Shown here piece after piece: positions 1 through 10,762 of a stretch of DNA of 64,000 nucleotides. Each line of letters opens with the position of its first letter. Within the stretch, counting starts at the first letter, position 1. The position numbers were made by a program, and so were the translations under genes. The notes under the pieces are model-generated. The model was given only the letters and a program-made list of their open reading frames with translations. It was not told where the DNA came from and did not search any database. Source of the DNA: Longimicrobiales bacterium (GTDB lineage Bacteria; Gemmatimonadota; Gemmatimonadetes; Longimicrobiales; Gaopeijiaceae); NCBI GenBank assembly GCA_965249725.1, contig CBDFMQ010000001.1, positions 128,001-192,000 of the forward strand. The letters are read 5' to 3'.

Positions 1-1
1 G

Positions 2-772
2 GGCAACTACCACCCTGGCAACGCGCGGGTCTACACCGACCTCTCGTACTTCAGCTGCGACAAGGACCTCTGCTCGGATGCCGCTCAGGTCTTCAACTTC
101 ACGACCGGGTATGGTCGCCCCAGTGACCTGAGCAAGTTCGTCATCGCCCCGTTCGACCTGCACGACACCATCGTGAAGCTGATCGCGGAGGAGATCGCTC
201 ATGCGGAGGCGGGTCGCCCCGCCACGATCTGGGTGAAGCTCAACGCGCTGGTCGACGGCAGCATTATCGACGCCCTCTACCGGGCATCGCAGGCCGGGGT
301 CCAGATCACTCTCGTGATCCGAGGCATCTGCTGCCTTCGCCCAGGCATCCCCGGCCTCTCGGAAAACATCACCGTCAAGAGCATCGTGGGGCGCTACCTG
401 GAGCACAGCCGCATCGTGTGTTTCGGCGGGGGGCACCCACTACCTTCACGTTCCGCCAAGGTGTTCATCTCCTCGGCGGATTGGATGCCCCGGAACCTGC
501 ATCGAAGAGTCGAACACTTCGTGCCCATCGAGAACACCACGGTTCATCGGCAAATCCTCCAGGAGATCATGCAGGCCAATCTCCGAGACACGCTGCAGAG
601 TTGGTACCTTCAGCCCGATCGGACCTATGAGAGGGCAGTGCCGGACGAGGATCCGTTTAGCGCACACGGCTACTTCATGACCAATCCGAGCCTATCGGGA
701 CGGGGGAGTGCCGTCACGGATGCCCCCCAGCCTGAGATTCCGGCGCCCGTGGAGCCGATCGAGCAAGTTTAA
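2..772 (+). CDS. ppk1: Polyphosphate kinase 1, C-terminal part (5' end outside window)
   Basis: Frame open from position 2 ([17 protein letters not shown]). Carries PPK1 C-terminal motifs [21 protein letters not shown] and [16 protein letters not shown]. Confidence 0.95.
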   Translation, partial: GNYHPGNARVYTDLSYFSCDKDLCSDAAQVFNFTTGYGRPSDLSKFVIAPFDLHDTIVKLIAEEIAHAEAGRPATIWVKLNALVDGSIIDALYRASQAGVQITLVIRGICCLRPGIPGLSENITVKSIVGRYLEHSRIVCFGGGHPLPSRSAKVFISSADWMPRNLHRRVEHFVPIENTTVHRQILQEIMQANLRDTLQSWYLQPDRTYERAVPDEDPFSAHGYFMTNPSLSGRGSAVTDAPQPEIPAPVEPIEQV

Positions 773-875
773 AGAAGGCAGGACAGCCGTAGGAAAGTCC
801 TTGCCCAAAGCGGGCTCTTGAGTGGGTATTCCTACAGGCCCTGTCTCGACCGAACACAGCCCCAAAGGAAGGACA

Positions 876-2934
876 ATGAGCGAAGACGAGCTGACGCCCT
901 CGGAGCCGACGTCACCCCCCGAGTCCGCAGGCGGTTCGCCACCGCCGCCCGACTCGTCGGATGGCGCTCCCGCGCAGCAGTTCCAGAAGGGGACCTTCCA
1001 GGATCGACGTGGCGCCCGCTTGCCCTGGCCGCCCCCCGGATTCGAGTGGATTCAGGGAGCCCTCTGGAAGGTCACGACGCTGGCATGGCTGGGGAGCGTG
1101 GTACTCGTGACTCCTCTCATTTGGTCGCTGGCGACACCTCAGGAGTTCTGGAGTCTCGGGCCGCTCGAGGACAATTGGGCACTGGGACTCAGCGTAAGCC
1201 TCCTGGGAGCAGCGGTTCTATTCGCGGCCTTCTTCTTCCTCCAGTCTCTGGTGAGAGCGGGTGGACGGGCGGCCGACTTGGGGTACGGTTTCCTGACCAT
1301 AGCGGAGGTCGCAACCGATCTCCGTCGGGATCAGGGATTCCTCTTGATGGAGGCGCCACTTTTCACGGTTTACCGACGAGGACCGCGCACGGCTCACCAA
1401 GCTACGGCTTGCCGCGGCCATTCTGATTCTCTCAGGAGCGCTCTGGCTTGCGGTCGGGTTCTCGTTGTCGGTGTTGCTCGCGGCCCGAGAGCTGCTGACG
1501 CAGAGAGAGATCTGGATTCTGAGCGTGGGGCCCACGTTGGTGTTCCTCGTCCTCGGTGCGGCTATCCACACGTACCAGTTCATCAAGGTCCGGCTCGCGT
1601 TGTCGGCTTGGCGCCAAACCGAGGGCGGCATCGATCGGATCCGCCAAGAGGTTGTGGACTGGACGACCGAGTTGGAGGAGGCGGGAGACCAGATCGTCCT
1701 GGGGGCCGGATCGCTGGGTCAGGGCAGACGCTTCCGGAGTGCTGCGTTCTTGGTTGTGCTCCTCTTCATCGTGGTCATCGTTCCGACGCTGACCGTTTCG
1801 ATGGCCGGCTCCGTGGGGCCCGTGCTAGCCGAGATCGCGATCCCCCAGTTTCTGTCCGTGCAGGAGATGGCGGGGGCCGCAGAGGCCCTTCGCCGCTATC
1901 GCGTTGAACCCGACGCATCGATCGGTGCCCTGGAGGCGGGTCAGGCTCTGAACAACGTGGCCTTTGTCGGTGCCGCGGGACCTCATCCCGAGCACCTCGA
2001 GCAACCCCCCTCGACGCACTACGCAACACCTTGGTTCCCGAGTCCGGACTTCCCGGACATCTTCCAGGAAGGTGTCGGGAGAAGCCTCGTTCTTCAGATC
2101 GAACAGGGCTTTTCGAGTGACGAGCTAGCCGCGCTCAGGCAGGCGTCGTCGCATCCCGCCCAGAACGACCTCCACGTGGTGGCGAGGGCCGAACGGATCG
2201 ATATGGTGTCCACGCGGTGGATCACGCCGTTCCCGGACAGCCTGACCGTGTTCACACTTCCGTTCCCGCACTTCACCGAGGTTCGATACGCTGCCCTGGC
2301 ACGAGCCGCTAAGGCGGTCCTCGAGCAGGTGGACGGACAGCCCCAGCAGGCCGAAGCCTTGATCCGTGAGATCATCTCCACCGGGTTCCTGCTCGTAGAC
2401 CAAGGCCCGACGCTCATCGACAATCTGGTCGGGGTCGTGGTCGCCAATATCGGGGCAGATGCGCTTGAGGGGTTGTATGAAGTGCAGAACCGGGACGATG
2501 AATTGGAGACTCTCCGCTGGGCTCGGGAGTCGGCCACGAACGCGGCTAGGGCGGCCCGACTCGGACTGACGGAAGAGGATATCCACACGATTCTGAGGGG
2601 GATTCCCGACATCGTCGAGAACGAGAGTGCCCTACGCGGGTTGCGGTGGGAATATCTCGCCACCTTCAACATGTTGGCGCCTTGCATCAACCTGCAGAAG
2701 ATGGTCTTCGGACCCGATGAGACCTACCAGGAGTGGCTGGAGCGAGTGCAGGCCTCTCTGGTGCGGGTACCGGGCGATGGGGCTCTCTTCGAACTGGCCA
2801 AGTCGGGGGCGTTCGGGGGGGATCAGCGGCCCGGGATGCTCACGCGTCTCATGACCTTGACGTTAGGTACTCAGACCCGTCCGGGTAGTTGTGTAAACCT
2901 GATCGCTTCACTGGAGTCCAGCGAGACGTTCTGA
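876..2934 (+). pseudogene. Multi-pass membrane protein with large C-terminal soluble domain, frameshifted near 1348-1370
   Basis: ATG at 876 follows AAGGA. The hydrophobic frame degrades after GFLLM, while the frame of ORF 1465..2934 is open from 1348 (RHFSRFTDEDRARLTKLRLAAAILILSG...) and continues the TM pattern. Function unknown; may be a sequencing indel. Confidence 0.6.
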
Positions 2935-2940
2935 TGTGCA

Positions 2941-2960
2941 CGCCCCCCCAGCGGGGGGCG
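2941..2960. repeat. Perfect 8-bp GC hairpin CGCCCCCC-CAGC-GGGGGGCG
   Basis: Inverted repeat read directly, just after the stop at 2934. Confidence 0.6.
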
Positions 2961-2980
2961 GATCTAATCCGAGGGCTGTG

Positions 2981-3020
2981 GGCCCGACGCTTGATTCTCC
3001 AGGCGTCGGGCCTTCTTTTC
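2981..3020 (+). terminator. Rho-independent terminator
   Basis: GGCCCGACGCTTG-ATTCTC-CAGGCGTCGGGCC stem (13 bp, one G-U) followed by TTCTTTTC. Confidence 0.75.
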
Positions 3021-3057
3021 GCGACTGACGATCCCACCCACCGCCGAGGAGTCCGTC

Positions 3058-4431
3058 GTGAGAAGAAGGCTCGTTTTCTGTTTGACCGCCGGATTGCTGT
3101 GGTCTACCGCTCCCAACGTCGCGCACGCCCAAACCGATCTGGCTGACGCCTACCGCGACGTAGCGAACCAGCTCATCGAGGCTGCTCTGTCCGACAGTGC
3201 AGCGTACGCTCGCCTCACGGACCTCGTCGACGGATTCGGGCACCGTTTCAGTGGCTCCGTGAGCCTCGAGCGGGCGCTCGACTGGATCATGGAGGAGATG
3301 GAGGCAGACGGCCTAGACAACGTCAGAGGCGAGTTGGCCATGGTGCCCCACTGGGTTCGAGGCGAGGAGTCCCTCGAGATGATCGTCCCCGTGGCTCGCG
3401 ATCTTCCAATGCTCGGCCTAGGGGGAAGCGTTGCCACGCCCCCGGCTGGGATCCGCGCCGAGGTCCTCGTTGTGGGGAGCTTCGCAGAGCTCGAGGAGAG
3501 AGCCGCGGAGGCCCGAGGGCGCATCGTGCTCTTCAACGTCCCGTTCACCACTTACGGGGAGACACGGCCGATTCGGAGCAATGGAGCCGTGGCTGCGGCG
3601 CGTGCGGGGGCCGTGGCGAGCCTCATCCGCTCCGTCACGCCGTATTCCCAGCAGACTCCCCATACCGGCGGGATGGGTTACCAAGAAGGGGTGCCTCGGA
3701 TTCCGCATGCGGCCATCACCGTGGAAGACGCCCAGTGGATTCAACGCCTCTCGGACCGAGGCGAGCGTGTGGAGCTGCACCTGTTGATGAACGCGCAGAC
3801 TCTTCCCGATGCTCCGTCCAGGAACGTGATGGCCGAGATCACGGGGAGTGAGCTTCCAGACGAGGTGGTGGTATTCGGAGGGCATATCGATTCCTGGGAC
3901 GTAGGCCAGGGTGCCATGGATGACGGTGGGGGCTCCGTTGCCGCGTGGGAGGCGATCCGGCTGATGCGGGTGCTCGGCTTGCGTCCGCGGCGAACCGTCC
4001 GGGCGGTGATGTGGACCAACGAGGAGAACGGGGGAGCCGGCGGTCGCGCCTACCGTGATGCGCGCGCGGCCGATGGCGACGAGCACGTGCTGGCGATGGA
4101 GTCCGACGGTGGGGTCTTCAAGCCCTCCGGGTTCGGATTCACGGGCTCCGACGCGGCCTTCGCCATCATCCAGGAGATCGGCTCGCTGCTCGATCCGATC
4201 GGATCGGGGCTGATCACCCGGGGCGGGGGAGGTGCGGACATCACGCCCCTCATGCAGGACGGAGTCCCCGGCATGGGCCTCTCGGTCGACCGGACCCGCT
4301 ACTTCTGGTACCACCACACGGATGCCGACACCATCGACAAGCTCGACCCGCGAGAGATGGCCCTCTGCGTCGCCACCATGGCCGTCATGGCATATGTGGT
4401 CGCTGACATGCCGGAGGCCCTGCCTAGGTAG
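3058..4431 (+). CDS. Secreted M28-family metallopeptidase (carboxypeptidase Q-like, PA domain)
   Basis: Signal peptide ending AHA-Q; zinc-ligand motifs GGHIDSWD, GAMDDGGG, NEENG, ESDGG and YHHTDADT. Confidence 0.9.
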   Translation: MRRRLVFCLTAGLLWSTAPNVAHAQTDLADAYRDVANQLIEAALSDSAAYARLTDLVDGFGHRFSGSVSLERALDWIMEEMEADGLDNVRGELAMVPHWVRGEESLEMIVPVARDLPMLGLGGSVATPPAGIRAEVLVVGSFAELEERAAEARGRIVLFNVPFTTYGETRPIRSNGAVAAARAGAVASLIRSVTPYSQQTPHTGGMGYQEGVPRIPHAAITVEDAQWIQRLSDRGERVELHLLMNAQTLPDAPSRNVMAEITGSELPDEVVVFGGHIDSWDVGQGAMDDGGGSVAAWEAIRLMRVLGLRPRRTVRAVMWTNEENGGAGGRAYRDARAADGDEHVLAMESDGGVFKPSGFGFTGSDAAFAIIQEIGSLLDPIGSGLITRGGGGADITPLMQDGVPGMGLSVDRTRYFWYHHTDADTIDKLDPREMALCVATMAVMAYVVADMPEALPR

Positions 4432-4467
4432 GCGGACGACGCGTGACCCCCAACCCTCAGCCCGGGT

Positions 4468-5340
4468 CTAACGGGTCCAAGGCTTCTTCTGGGTCACCTC
4501 GAGCGGCTCAAGGGTACGCGACGGCCTTTGAGCTTCGCGTGTGTCGAGATTGTACTCGTCGCCTGGTGCGAGCATGTAGAAGAGACCCGAATCACCGATC
4601 TTGGCCTGGTTGTCGTAGATGAGGACGTAGCTCTGGCCGATGACTTCAAAGCGATCACCCTGTACCACGATGGCGGTGTTCTCGTCGATCGCGATGCCCA
4701 GTAGCTCGGGTCGGGCGCGGATGACCTCGATGAGGTCGAATTGCCGGTTGCGTTTGAGGACGTGCTGATCGATGGCGGTGTTCTTGAGGAAACCGAAGCC
4801 CTCTTCGTGATCTCCCATCATGACGGTATTGGTGCGTGTATCGCCCCGAGCCAGGTAGGAACCCTGGATGGTGGCGCCGGCCGATGAGCCTCCGATGACT
4901 CCACCCCTCTCCAGCAGGTTCCAGAGCTCCTCTTCGGTCTTGGTCCCGAGGTAGGAGTCCGCCAAGTGCCATTGGCGCCCTCCCGGGAACCACACGCCAT
5001 TCGCTTCCCGGATGGCCTTCACGAACTCGTCTGAATCCGCCTCTGCCCGGTCCTTGGTGTGGAGCACCGTGAGGTTGCTCGCCCCCGCGTCCCGCCACGA
5101 GTTGAGCCCCTGATAGAACTGGTCGTAATCGTCTTGACCTCCTGCCGTCGGGATGACCACGATCGGTGCGTCCGAGCCACCCGCCAGGTCCAGAAAGCGC
5201 TCCATGATGCCAGGATCACGCATCGCTCCCCCCACGATGACGAGTGAGCCGCTGGCTGGCCCGACCTCTTGGGCGCCGAGTTGGGGGACGAACGCCAGGA
5301 GCGCGAATGCTGCTATGGTGGTCAGAGCAGATCGGGGCAT
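4468..5340 (-). CDS. Secreted cyanophycinase-like serine peptidase (S51)
   Basis: ATG at 5340 with signal peptide; LVIVGG, IPTAG, FPGGRQ, GGSSAGA nucleophile and IDQH motifs. Confidence 0.85.
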   Translation of the reverse strand: MPRSALTTIAAFALLAFVPQLGAQEVGPASGSLVIVGGAMRDPGIMERFLDLAGGSDAPIVVIPTAGGQDDYDQFYQGLNSWRDAGASNLTVLHTKDRAEADSDEFVKAIREANGVWFPGGRQWHLADSYLGTKTEEELWNLLERGGVIGGSSAGATIQGSYLARGDTRTNTVMMGDHEEGFGFLKNTAIDQHVLKRNRQFDLIEVIRARPELLGIAIDENTAIVVQGDRFEVIGQSYVLIYDNQAKIGDSGLFYMLAPGDEYNLDTREAQRPSRTLEPLEVTQKKPWTR

Positions 5341-5435
5341 GGGACCTTCTCCAGTAACGGGTGATGAACCGGGCCCCCAAGGTGCGGTCGCTCTCAGGGG
5401 TAGGGCAAACCGTCGTTGGGCTCGTGGGTGTGGGT

Positions 5436-5904
5436 CTAGCTGGTGAGTTCTACCATGGCCCATGCCTTCCCTCCAGCATCCTGCTCCTGGGCGGTTTCGG
5501 GCTCGTCCAGGAACTCGACCTGTTCAGAGGCTTCGTGAAGCGCCTCGTTGGTGACGACGAAGTCGTCGGAGTGGCCGGTGTGATACGCGTGGTTGATTGC
5601 GTGTCGCAGGGGCGCGGGGGGGGGCGATCTCAAACTCCGTGTTCCGCCCGGAGGCGAACCCGATCTCCTTCTCGGCGTCGACGTCGAGTGGATCGGGCTC
5701 GATGTTCTCGAGGTCTGCCTTCTGCATCCGGAAGGTTTTGGCGACGTGCTCGGCCAACGCCTCCTGGCTGATTCCCAGCCCGGCTGCGGCCGCCTCCCAC
5801 GCGTCGGCGGGTGGGGTGTCGAGGGGGATGTTCACTTCACCGAGATCGCCTGCCGCGGCCGCGCCGGCCACCGAGATCAGCCAGTGCTGCTGTTTCGACG
5901 CCAT
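5436..5904 (-). pseudogene. Remnant of the N-terminal region of a GspE/PilB-type secretion ATPase (internally deleted, frameshifted, truncated)
   Basis: ATG at 5904 after GGAGGAG. DPLDVDAEKEIGFASGR...EIAPP resembles the PilB/GspE N-domain. The frame shifts in a 9-C run (5616-5624) into APLRHAINHAY...MVELTS*; no Walker A ATPase domain follows. Confidence 0.5.
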
Positions 5905-6106
5905 TCTCTCCTCCCCCTAGACTTGGGAGTCCGGACCACAGCGAAATATGGCTCGAAGGGGGCGTCCTCGGCCATGTCTTCCTCTTGGGGCCGTGCTTTC
6001 GTGCCGGCGATGGACGGGGGAGGACGAGATCCCTAGTCTTCCGCAGCACACCCGGATCCATGGGTCGTCGTGCGATCCGTGCACCAGTCACTCCACCAAG
6101 GTCTCC

Positions 6107-7012
6107 GTGACGTTCGGCATCAAGAGCACAGAATCTCTGCCGGAGGGTTTGAGCAGGGAGATCCGGCAACAGGTCCTCGCAGCAGAGGAAGCTCTTTCCG
6201 AGCCCGAGGACGTCGGTTTGGCCGCCCATGAGACGAGGAAGACTCTCAAGCGAGCGCGTGCACTTGTGAAGCTGACCCGGCCTTCACTGACTCCCGATGC
6301 CTATCGCGGGGGCAACCGAACGATGAGGGACGCTGGGCGCTGCGTTTCTCCCGTTCGCGACGCGGACGTTACAGCCCAAACGGCTCGTTCGGTCCACGAG
6401 GGCGCGCAGGGGACTGGACTCGAACGACCTTGGGGAGAACTGGCAGAGGCTTTCTCGATCGAACGTGACTCGCTCTTCGCCACCGCCACCGGGTCGGACG
6501 GTCCGTTCGCGGAGACGAGTGAGCTGCTTGGATCGTTGGATGGCGGTTGGCCGGAGGTCGGCGAGATCGACGACCGTGAGCTACTGCGCCTGGGCCTGGG
6601 CGATTCGTAGGGCGCTGTCCGTGCATGCCACGCGACGGCGTGCAGCGCGGAGTCGGACCCCAAGGTCCATCACAAACTGCGGAAGCGGGCAAAGGATCTC
6701 CGACATCAGATCGAGTTCTTGATCCCCATCGCCCCGGACGTGCTCGAGCCGTATGCCGCCGAACTCCATCAACTGAGCGATCTGCTGGGGGACGGAAACG
6801 ACCTCGTCGTGCTGGCGCACTACGTCGAAGCTGTGCGGGGCATCGCCGATGCGCGGCGCAACGAGCTCCTCTCCGACCTCATCCAGCGTCGTGAGACCCT
6901 GTGGAAGGAGGCGAGGCGATTGGGAGGACGTCTCTTAGGCGAGGAGACGGAACGTTTCGCTTCACGGGTCGAGCGGTGTTGGGTAGAGGCTCGGCCTCAG
7001 CTCCGGCCTTAG
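6107..7012 (+). pseudogene. CHAD-domain (polyphosphate-binding) protein interrupted by in-frame TAG at 6608-6610
   Basis: Motifs HETRKTLKRARALVKL, SPVRDADV, HKLRKRAKDLRHQ and LSDLLGDGNDL all lie in one frame across the TAG. Start GTG 6107 is inferred. Confidence 0.75.
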
Positions 7013-7020
7013 GTCCGGCT

Positions 7021-7674
7021 TTAAGGGTAGAGGCGTTCGGTACCCCAGCCGCCATCTCTTCGAATGAAACTGAGCCGGTCGTGGAGGCGGTTGAGCCGTC
7101 CCTGCCAGAACTCGATACGCTCGGGGACGACCCGGTATCCTCCCCAGAACTCGGGAAGCGGTACGTCCTGTCCCTTGAACCGCTCCTCGACCTCGGACAC
7201 CTGCTGCTCGAGTTCGGAACGGACCTCCAGGGTGGCGCTCTGTCGAGATGCCCACGCACCGATTTGGCTTCCCCGGTCCCTCGTGTGGAAGTAGGCCTCG
7301 GACTCCTCGGAGCTGATCCGTTCCACCCGGCCCTCCACTCGCACCTGCCGTTGTAGGATGGCCCAATAAAGAAGGAGTGCAGCTCGGGGATTGGCGTCCA
7401 ACTCCACCGCCTTGCGGCTTCCGTAGTTCGTGTAGAACACGAACCCGTCTGCGCTGAAGGCCTTGAGCAGGACCATACGCGATGACGGCACTCCGTCCGC
7501 GCTGGCGGTGGCCAATGAGGTCGCCTCAGGGAGTAGGATCCCCGACTCCTTGGCCTCGTCGAACCACTCGGCGAACAGGTCGATGGGGTCCTGCTCCTCG
7601 GTCGACTCCGGAAGGCCCCGGGTGACCCCTTGCCCCATGGTGAGGACCGACTTCAGCGTGGACTTGATGGACAT
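7021..7674 (-). CDS. pdxH: Pyridoxine/pyridoxamine 5'-phosphate oxidase
   Basis: SSRMVLLK, FYTNYGSRK, RQVRVEG, SQIGAWASRQS and EFWQGRLNRLHDR motifs. Confidence 0.95.
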   Translation of the reverse strand: MSIKSTLKSVLTMGQGVTRGLPESTEEQDPIDLFAEWFDEAKESGILLPEATSLATASADGVPSSRMVLLKAFSADGFVFYTNYGSRKAVELDANPRAALLLYWAILQRQVRVEGRVERISSEESEAYFHTRDRGSQIGAWASRQSATLEVRSELEQQVSEVEERFKGQDVPLPEFWGGYRVVPERIEFWQGRLNRLHDRLSFIRRDGGWGTERLYP

Positions 7675-7884
7675 GGCACCAACGGTAGCGGAGAGGCCCG
7701 CGGTGCGGTAGAGCGGTTTCAAGGCTGTTGCGGTGGAATTCCCCACACCGACATGCGGGAATTCCCGAGGGAGTCGTCTCGGCCCGCCCGGTATTCCGAG
7801 GGGCGGCACAACGGTGACCAGAAGGACGTGAGTCTCTGTACGAGTCCCATCGGTGATAGACCGGAGCCTGAAGACCCGATGGTC

Positions 7885-8475
7885 CTAGGGGCGGATCAGG
7901 GCCTCGCCCGCCGTCAGTGCCTGCATGACCGCCGTCGAGTCGCGCAGCTCTGCGAATACCCTGGGCTCGGCGGGAGGATTGTCCGGATCTCGAAGGCGGA
8001 GCTGCCACCACCCCACGTCGTGCCAGCCATCCAACTTGTACCCGACGTCTTCGTAGACGCCGATCACCCTGAACCCGAGTGATTCGTGAAGGGCCACGCT
8101 CGCCTCGTTCGGGAGCGCGATACCGGCGAGCGCGTTCACGAAGCTCTGGATACGGAGGATCTCGAAGAGAGATGTATACAGGCCCCTCGCGATTCCCCTC
8201 CTGCGCGAGTCGGTGCGCACGTAGGCGGAGACTTCAACGGACCACTGGTAGGCCGATCGTTGTCTGAAGGCGGTGGCGTAGGCGTAGCCCGAGATCCCGT
8301 CACTCCCGTCACAGACCAGCCAGGGGAACCGATCGAGGGTCCGGCGAATCCTCCCGGCCATCTCCACGGGTGAGGGGGTAGTCTCCTCGAACGAGATGGG
8401 CGTATCGGTGACAAGAGGCGTATAGATCTCGAGGATCTGACCGGCGTCGGTCTCTGCGGCGAAACGAATGCTCAA
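7885..8475 (-). CDS. GNAT N-acetyltransferase, phosphinothricin acetyltransferase-like family
   Basis: ISFEETTP, RSAYQWSVEVSAYV, RRGIARGLY, PNEASVALHESLGF and VGYKLDGWHDVGWWQ. Confidence 0.85.
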   Translation of the reverse strand: MSIRFAAETDAGQILEIYTPLVTDTPISFEETTPSPVEMAGRIRRTLDRFPWLVCDGSDGISGYAYATAFRQRSAYQWSVEVSAYVRTDSRRRGIARGLYTSLFEILRIQSFVNALAGIALPNEASVALHESLGFRVIGVYEDVGYKLDGWHDVGWWQLRLRDPDNPPAEPRVFAELRDSTAVMQALTAGEALIRP

Positions 8476-8483
8476 GGCGTAGG

Positions 8484-9536
8484 CTAGGGCTGGTAGACCC
8501 GGACCTCCGGAAACGTCAGGACGAACCCGTACCAGCGGGTGAAGACCTGCATGGGCCGTTCGACCTCGAGTTTGGTCCCGTCCGATGCGAACAGGGCGCC
8601 CGCCTTGATGTATTGCCCGTCGTCGAGGCGGAGCATTGATCCATCCCAGCGCGCACCTCCGGCATCGGTATAGAGGGCCAACACCGAATTGGCCGTCGGC
8701 TCGATGTGAACCAGCAGACGCCGTCCGTCCATCTCGTCGAAGACGAACCGTCCCGCCTCTTCCACCACGGCCATCGGGAAGTACCTCTGGGATCCCTCGG
8801 TCCAGGCCCCCAGCCCGATGTCCATGCTCGGCCTCCTCGGGTCCTCACCGCTCATGGTCGCCTTGAGCCGGTCCGACAATCCCCTGATCCGCTCGGCCAG
8901 AGGGGCCCAGCGACTCCGGCGACGGATCGGTCGGGTCGATATCGTGACCTCCAGATCCGGGTGAGCCTCCAGCGCCTGATCCACGGTGCCTTGAAGCAGG
9001 TTGAAGATCGGTAGCCGTCGACCCTCGAGCGGTCCCTGGAGGGCGATGCCCGACACGTGGTGCCAATACGTGCCGGTTTCCCGGTCCCAGAGGACGGAGC
9101 CACCGTTGAAGAGACCGCGATACTCGAAATGGTGAATCCGACCATCGATCGTGGGCGTCATACTGACCCCTGAATTACAGGCGGGTCAGAAAGAGACCAT
9201 CCAGGGTTCGCCGTCGATCTCGCCTTGGGCCGTATGGTGATAGGCCATTTGGTCCGTGACCAAGGCAAGCCGGCCCTTCGAGTGCTCCATGATGAGCACG
9301 CGGGTTTGCACCTGAAGCAGCCCTTCGTCCAACGCCTCCCTCAGTGACCGCGTGCTCCCGACCGCGAACGGCACATAGACCGTCGAGTCGAGGAGCATGG
9401 CTCGATCAGGCTCGAACTCGACGCTGCCGGCCTCGACGATGCTCTGGGCCGTCAAAGGAGCGCCGAGGAGCAGTGACGTTGCACCGATAACCGAGGCGCA
9501 GACCACCGCGAACGCTAGCGAGAGTTTTGTTGCCAT
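8484..9536 (-). CDS. DUF3179-like exported selenoprotein (UxxC motif; Sec at TGA 9186-9188)
   Basis: ORFs 9186..9536 and 8484..9161 are in the same frame: ...GEPWMVSF-TGA-PACNSGVSMTPTIDG...GSVLWDRETGTYWHHVSG...GPLEGRRL. The TGA sits at the first Cys position of the family's CxxC. N-terminal signal peptide. Confidence 0.8.
9153..9170 (-). promoter_or_regulatory. Candidate SECIS hairpin for the DUF3179-like gene
   Basis: GGGGTCA-GTA-TGACGCCC (stem with one bulged G, G in the apical loop) begins 15 nt 3' of the UGA. Confidence 0.5.
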
Positions 9537-9736
9537 TGTGGTTTCACGTTAGCACGGCACCCGCTGCTGGGGAAAGCCGGAAGTGCCGCTCCTGTTCAGG
9601 CCGATGCCGGCTCCACGTCGTGAATGCGGGCCAGGTCGACCTTGAGTACTCCACCCTCCGCATCGTGGTCGAACATGTCGGAGAAACGGGCGGACGACGA
9701 CCTCGTGGACATCAGTCGGTCGGTTGTCCGCGCGGC

Positions 9737-10762
9737 TCAGGTGGGGCTCAGCGTCCGCGCCAGGCGCCGGGCCTCCGAGAAGGACACAAGCCTCCGGGTG
9801 TCTTCGTGCCAGAGCGAGAGGCGCAGGGTCTTGATGCCGTCCCAGATCGAGATCTTGGTCACCTGCTGAAACTCGGGGATGTCGTCCAGACACTCCTGCA
9901 GCTTGTAGTTGGGGATACGAGCGCTGATGTGGTGAATGTGGTGAATCCCGATGCTGGCCGTGATCCACTGGAGCCACTTCGGCAGCACGAGATGTGAACT
10001 TCCCTCCAGTCCCGCGTCGAAGTACTCCCACTCCTCGTGTCCGTGCCAGTACGTCTCCTCGAATTGATGCTGCACGTAGAAGAGCCACACCCCGGCACTG
10101 ACCGTGTACAGCAGGATCGGGAGATGGACCAGGACGAAGGCCTTCAAGCCGATCGTGAGCCACATGCCCCCGACTATCGCGGCCAGCACGGCGTTGGTCT
10201 GCCAGACGCTGATCCACTCCCGTTTCCAACGCCGGGGGATATCCCAGGGGTAGCGATGCTTCAACAGGAACAGGTAGAGCCCTCCCAGCCCCAGCATCAC
10301 CGCCGGGTGCCGATAGGCCCTGTACCGGAGTCTCCCGAGGAACGACTTGTCGTAGTACTCGGTCACGGTGAGCGTGTCGATGTCGCCGAATCCCCTGAAG
10401 TCCAGATCGCCCGAATGAGCGTGGTGGTAAGCGTGGGTTTTTCGCCAGTAGCGGTAGGGCGTGAGCGTCAGCACCCCGATCCAGAACCCGACCGTGTCGG
10501 CCACCTTCTGGGACTTGAAGAAGGAGCCGTGCCCGCAGTCGTGCTGGATCATGAAGAGCCGCGTAAGGAACGCCGCGGCGGGCAGAGCCAGCACCAAGGT
10601 GAGCCAATAGCTCACATCGAGGGCACGATAGGACGCGTACCAGAAAAGGAAATAGGGCGGGGCGGAGGTGAGGATCTGAGTGACGCTACGCCGCAGCTCG
10701 GGTCCGCCGTAGGGTCCCAGGAGCGCCCGCCACGACTCGGATGTTTTGTGTTCCTTGGTCAA
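9737..10762 (-). CDS. des: Membrane fatty acid desaturase (Bacillus Des-like)
   Basis: Three His boxes HDCGH, HAYHH and HHIHH, plus FYVQHQFE and TM segments. Confidence 0.9.
   Translation of the reverse strand: MTKEHKTSESWRALLGPYGGPELRRSVTQILTSAPPYFLFWYASYRALDVSYWLTLVLALPAAAFLTRLFMIQHDCGHGSFFKSQKVADTVGFWIGVLTLTPYRYWRKTHAYHHAHSGDLDFRGFGDIDTLTVTEYYDKSFLGRLRYRAYRHPAVMLGLGGLYLFLLKHRYPWDIPRRWKREWISVWQTNAVLAAIVGGMWLTIGLKAFVLVHLPILLYTVSAGVWLFYVQHQFEETYWHGHEEWEYFDAGLEGSSHLVLPKWLQWITASIGIHHIHHISARIPNYKLQECLDDIPEFQQVTKISIWDGIKTLRLSLWHEDTRRLVSFSEARRLARTLSPT

Noticed and set aside
6608..6610. TAG as pyrrolysine
   Set aside because: No pyl genes or methylamine methyltransferase context in the window; a point mutation is simpler.
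9596..9712. 38-aa minus-strand ORF (MSTRSSSARFSDMFDHDAEGG...) between the desaturase and the selenoprotein
   Set aside because: No clear RBS or recognisable family; may be a remnant but cannot be supported.
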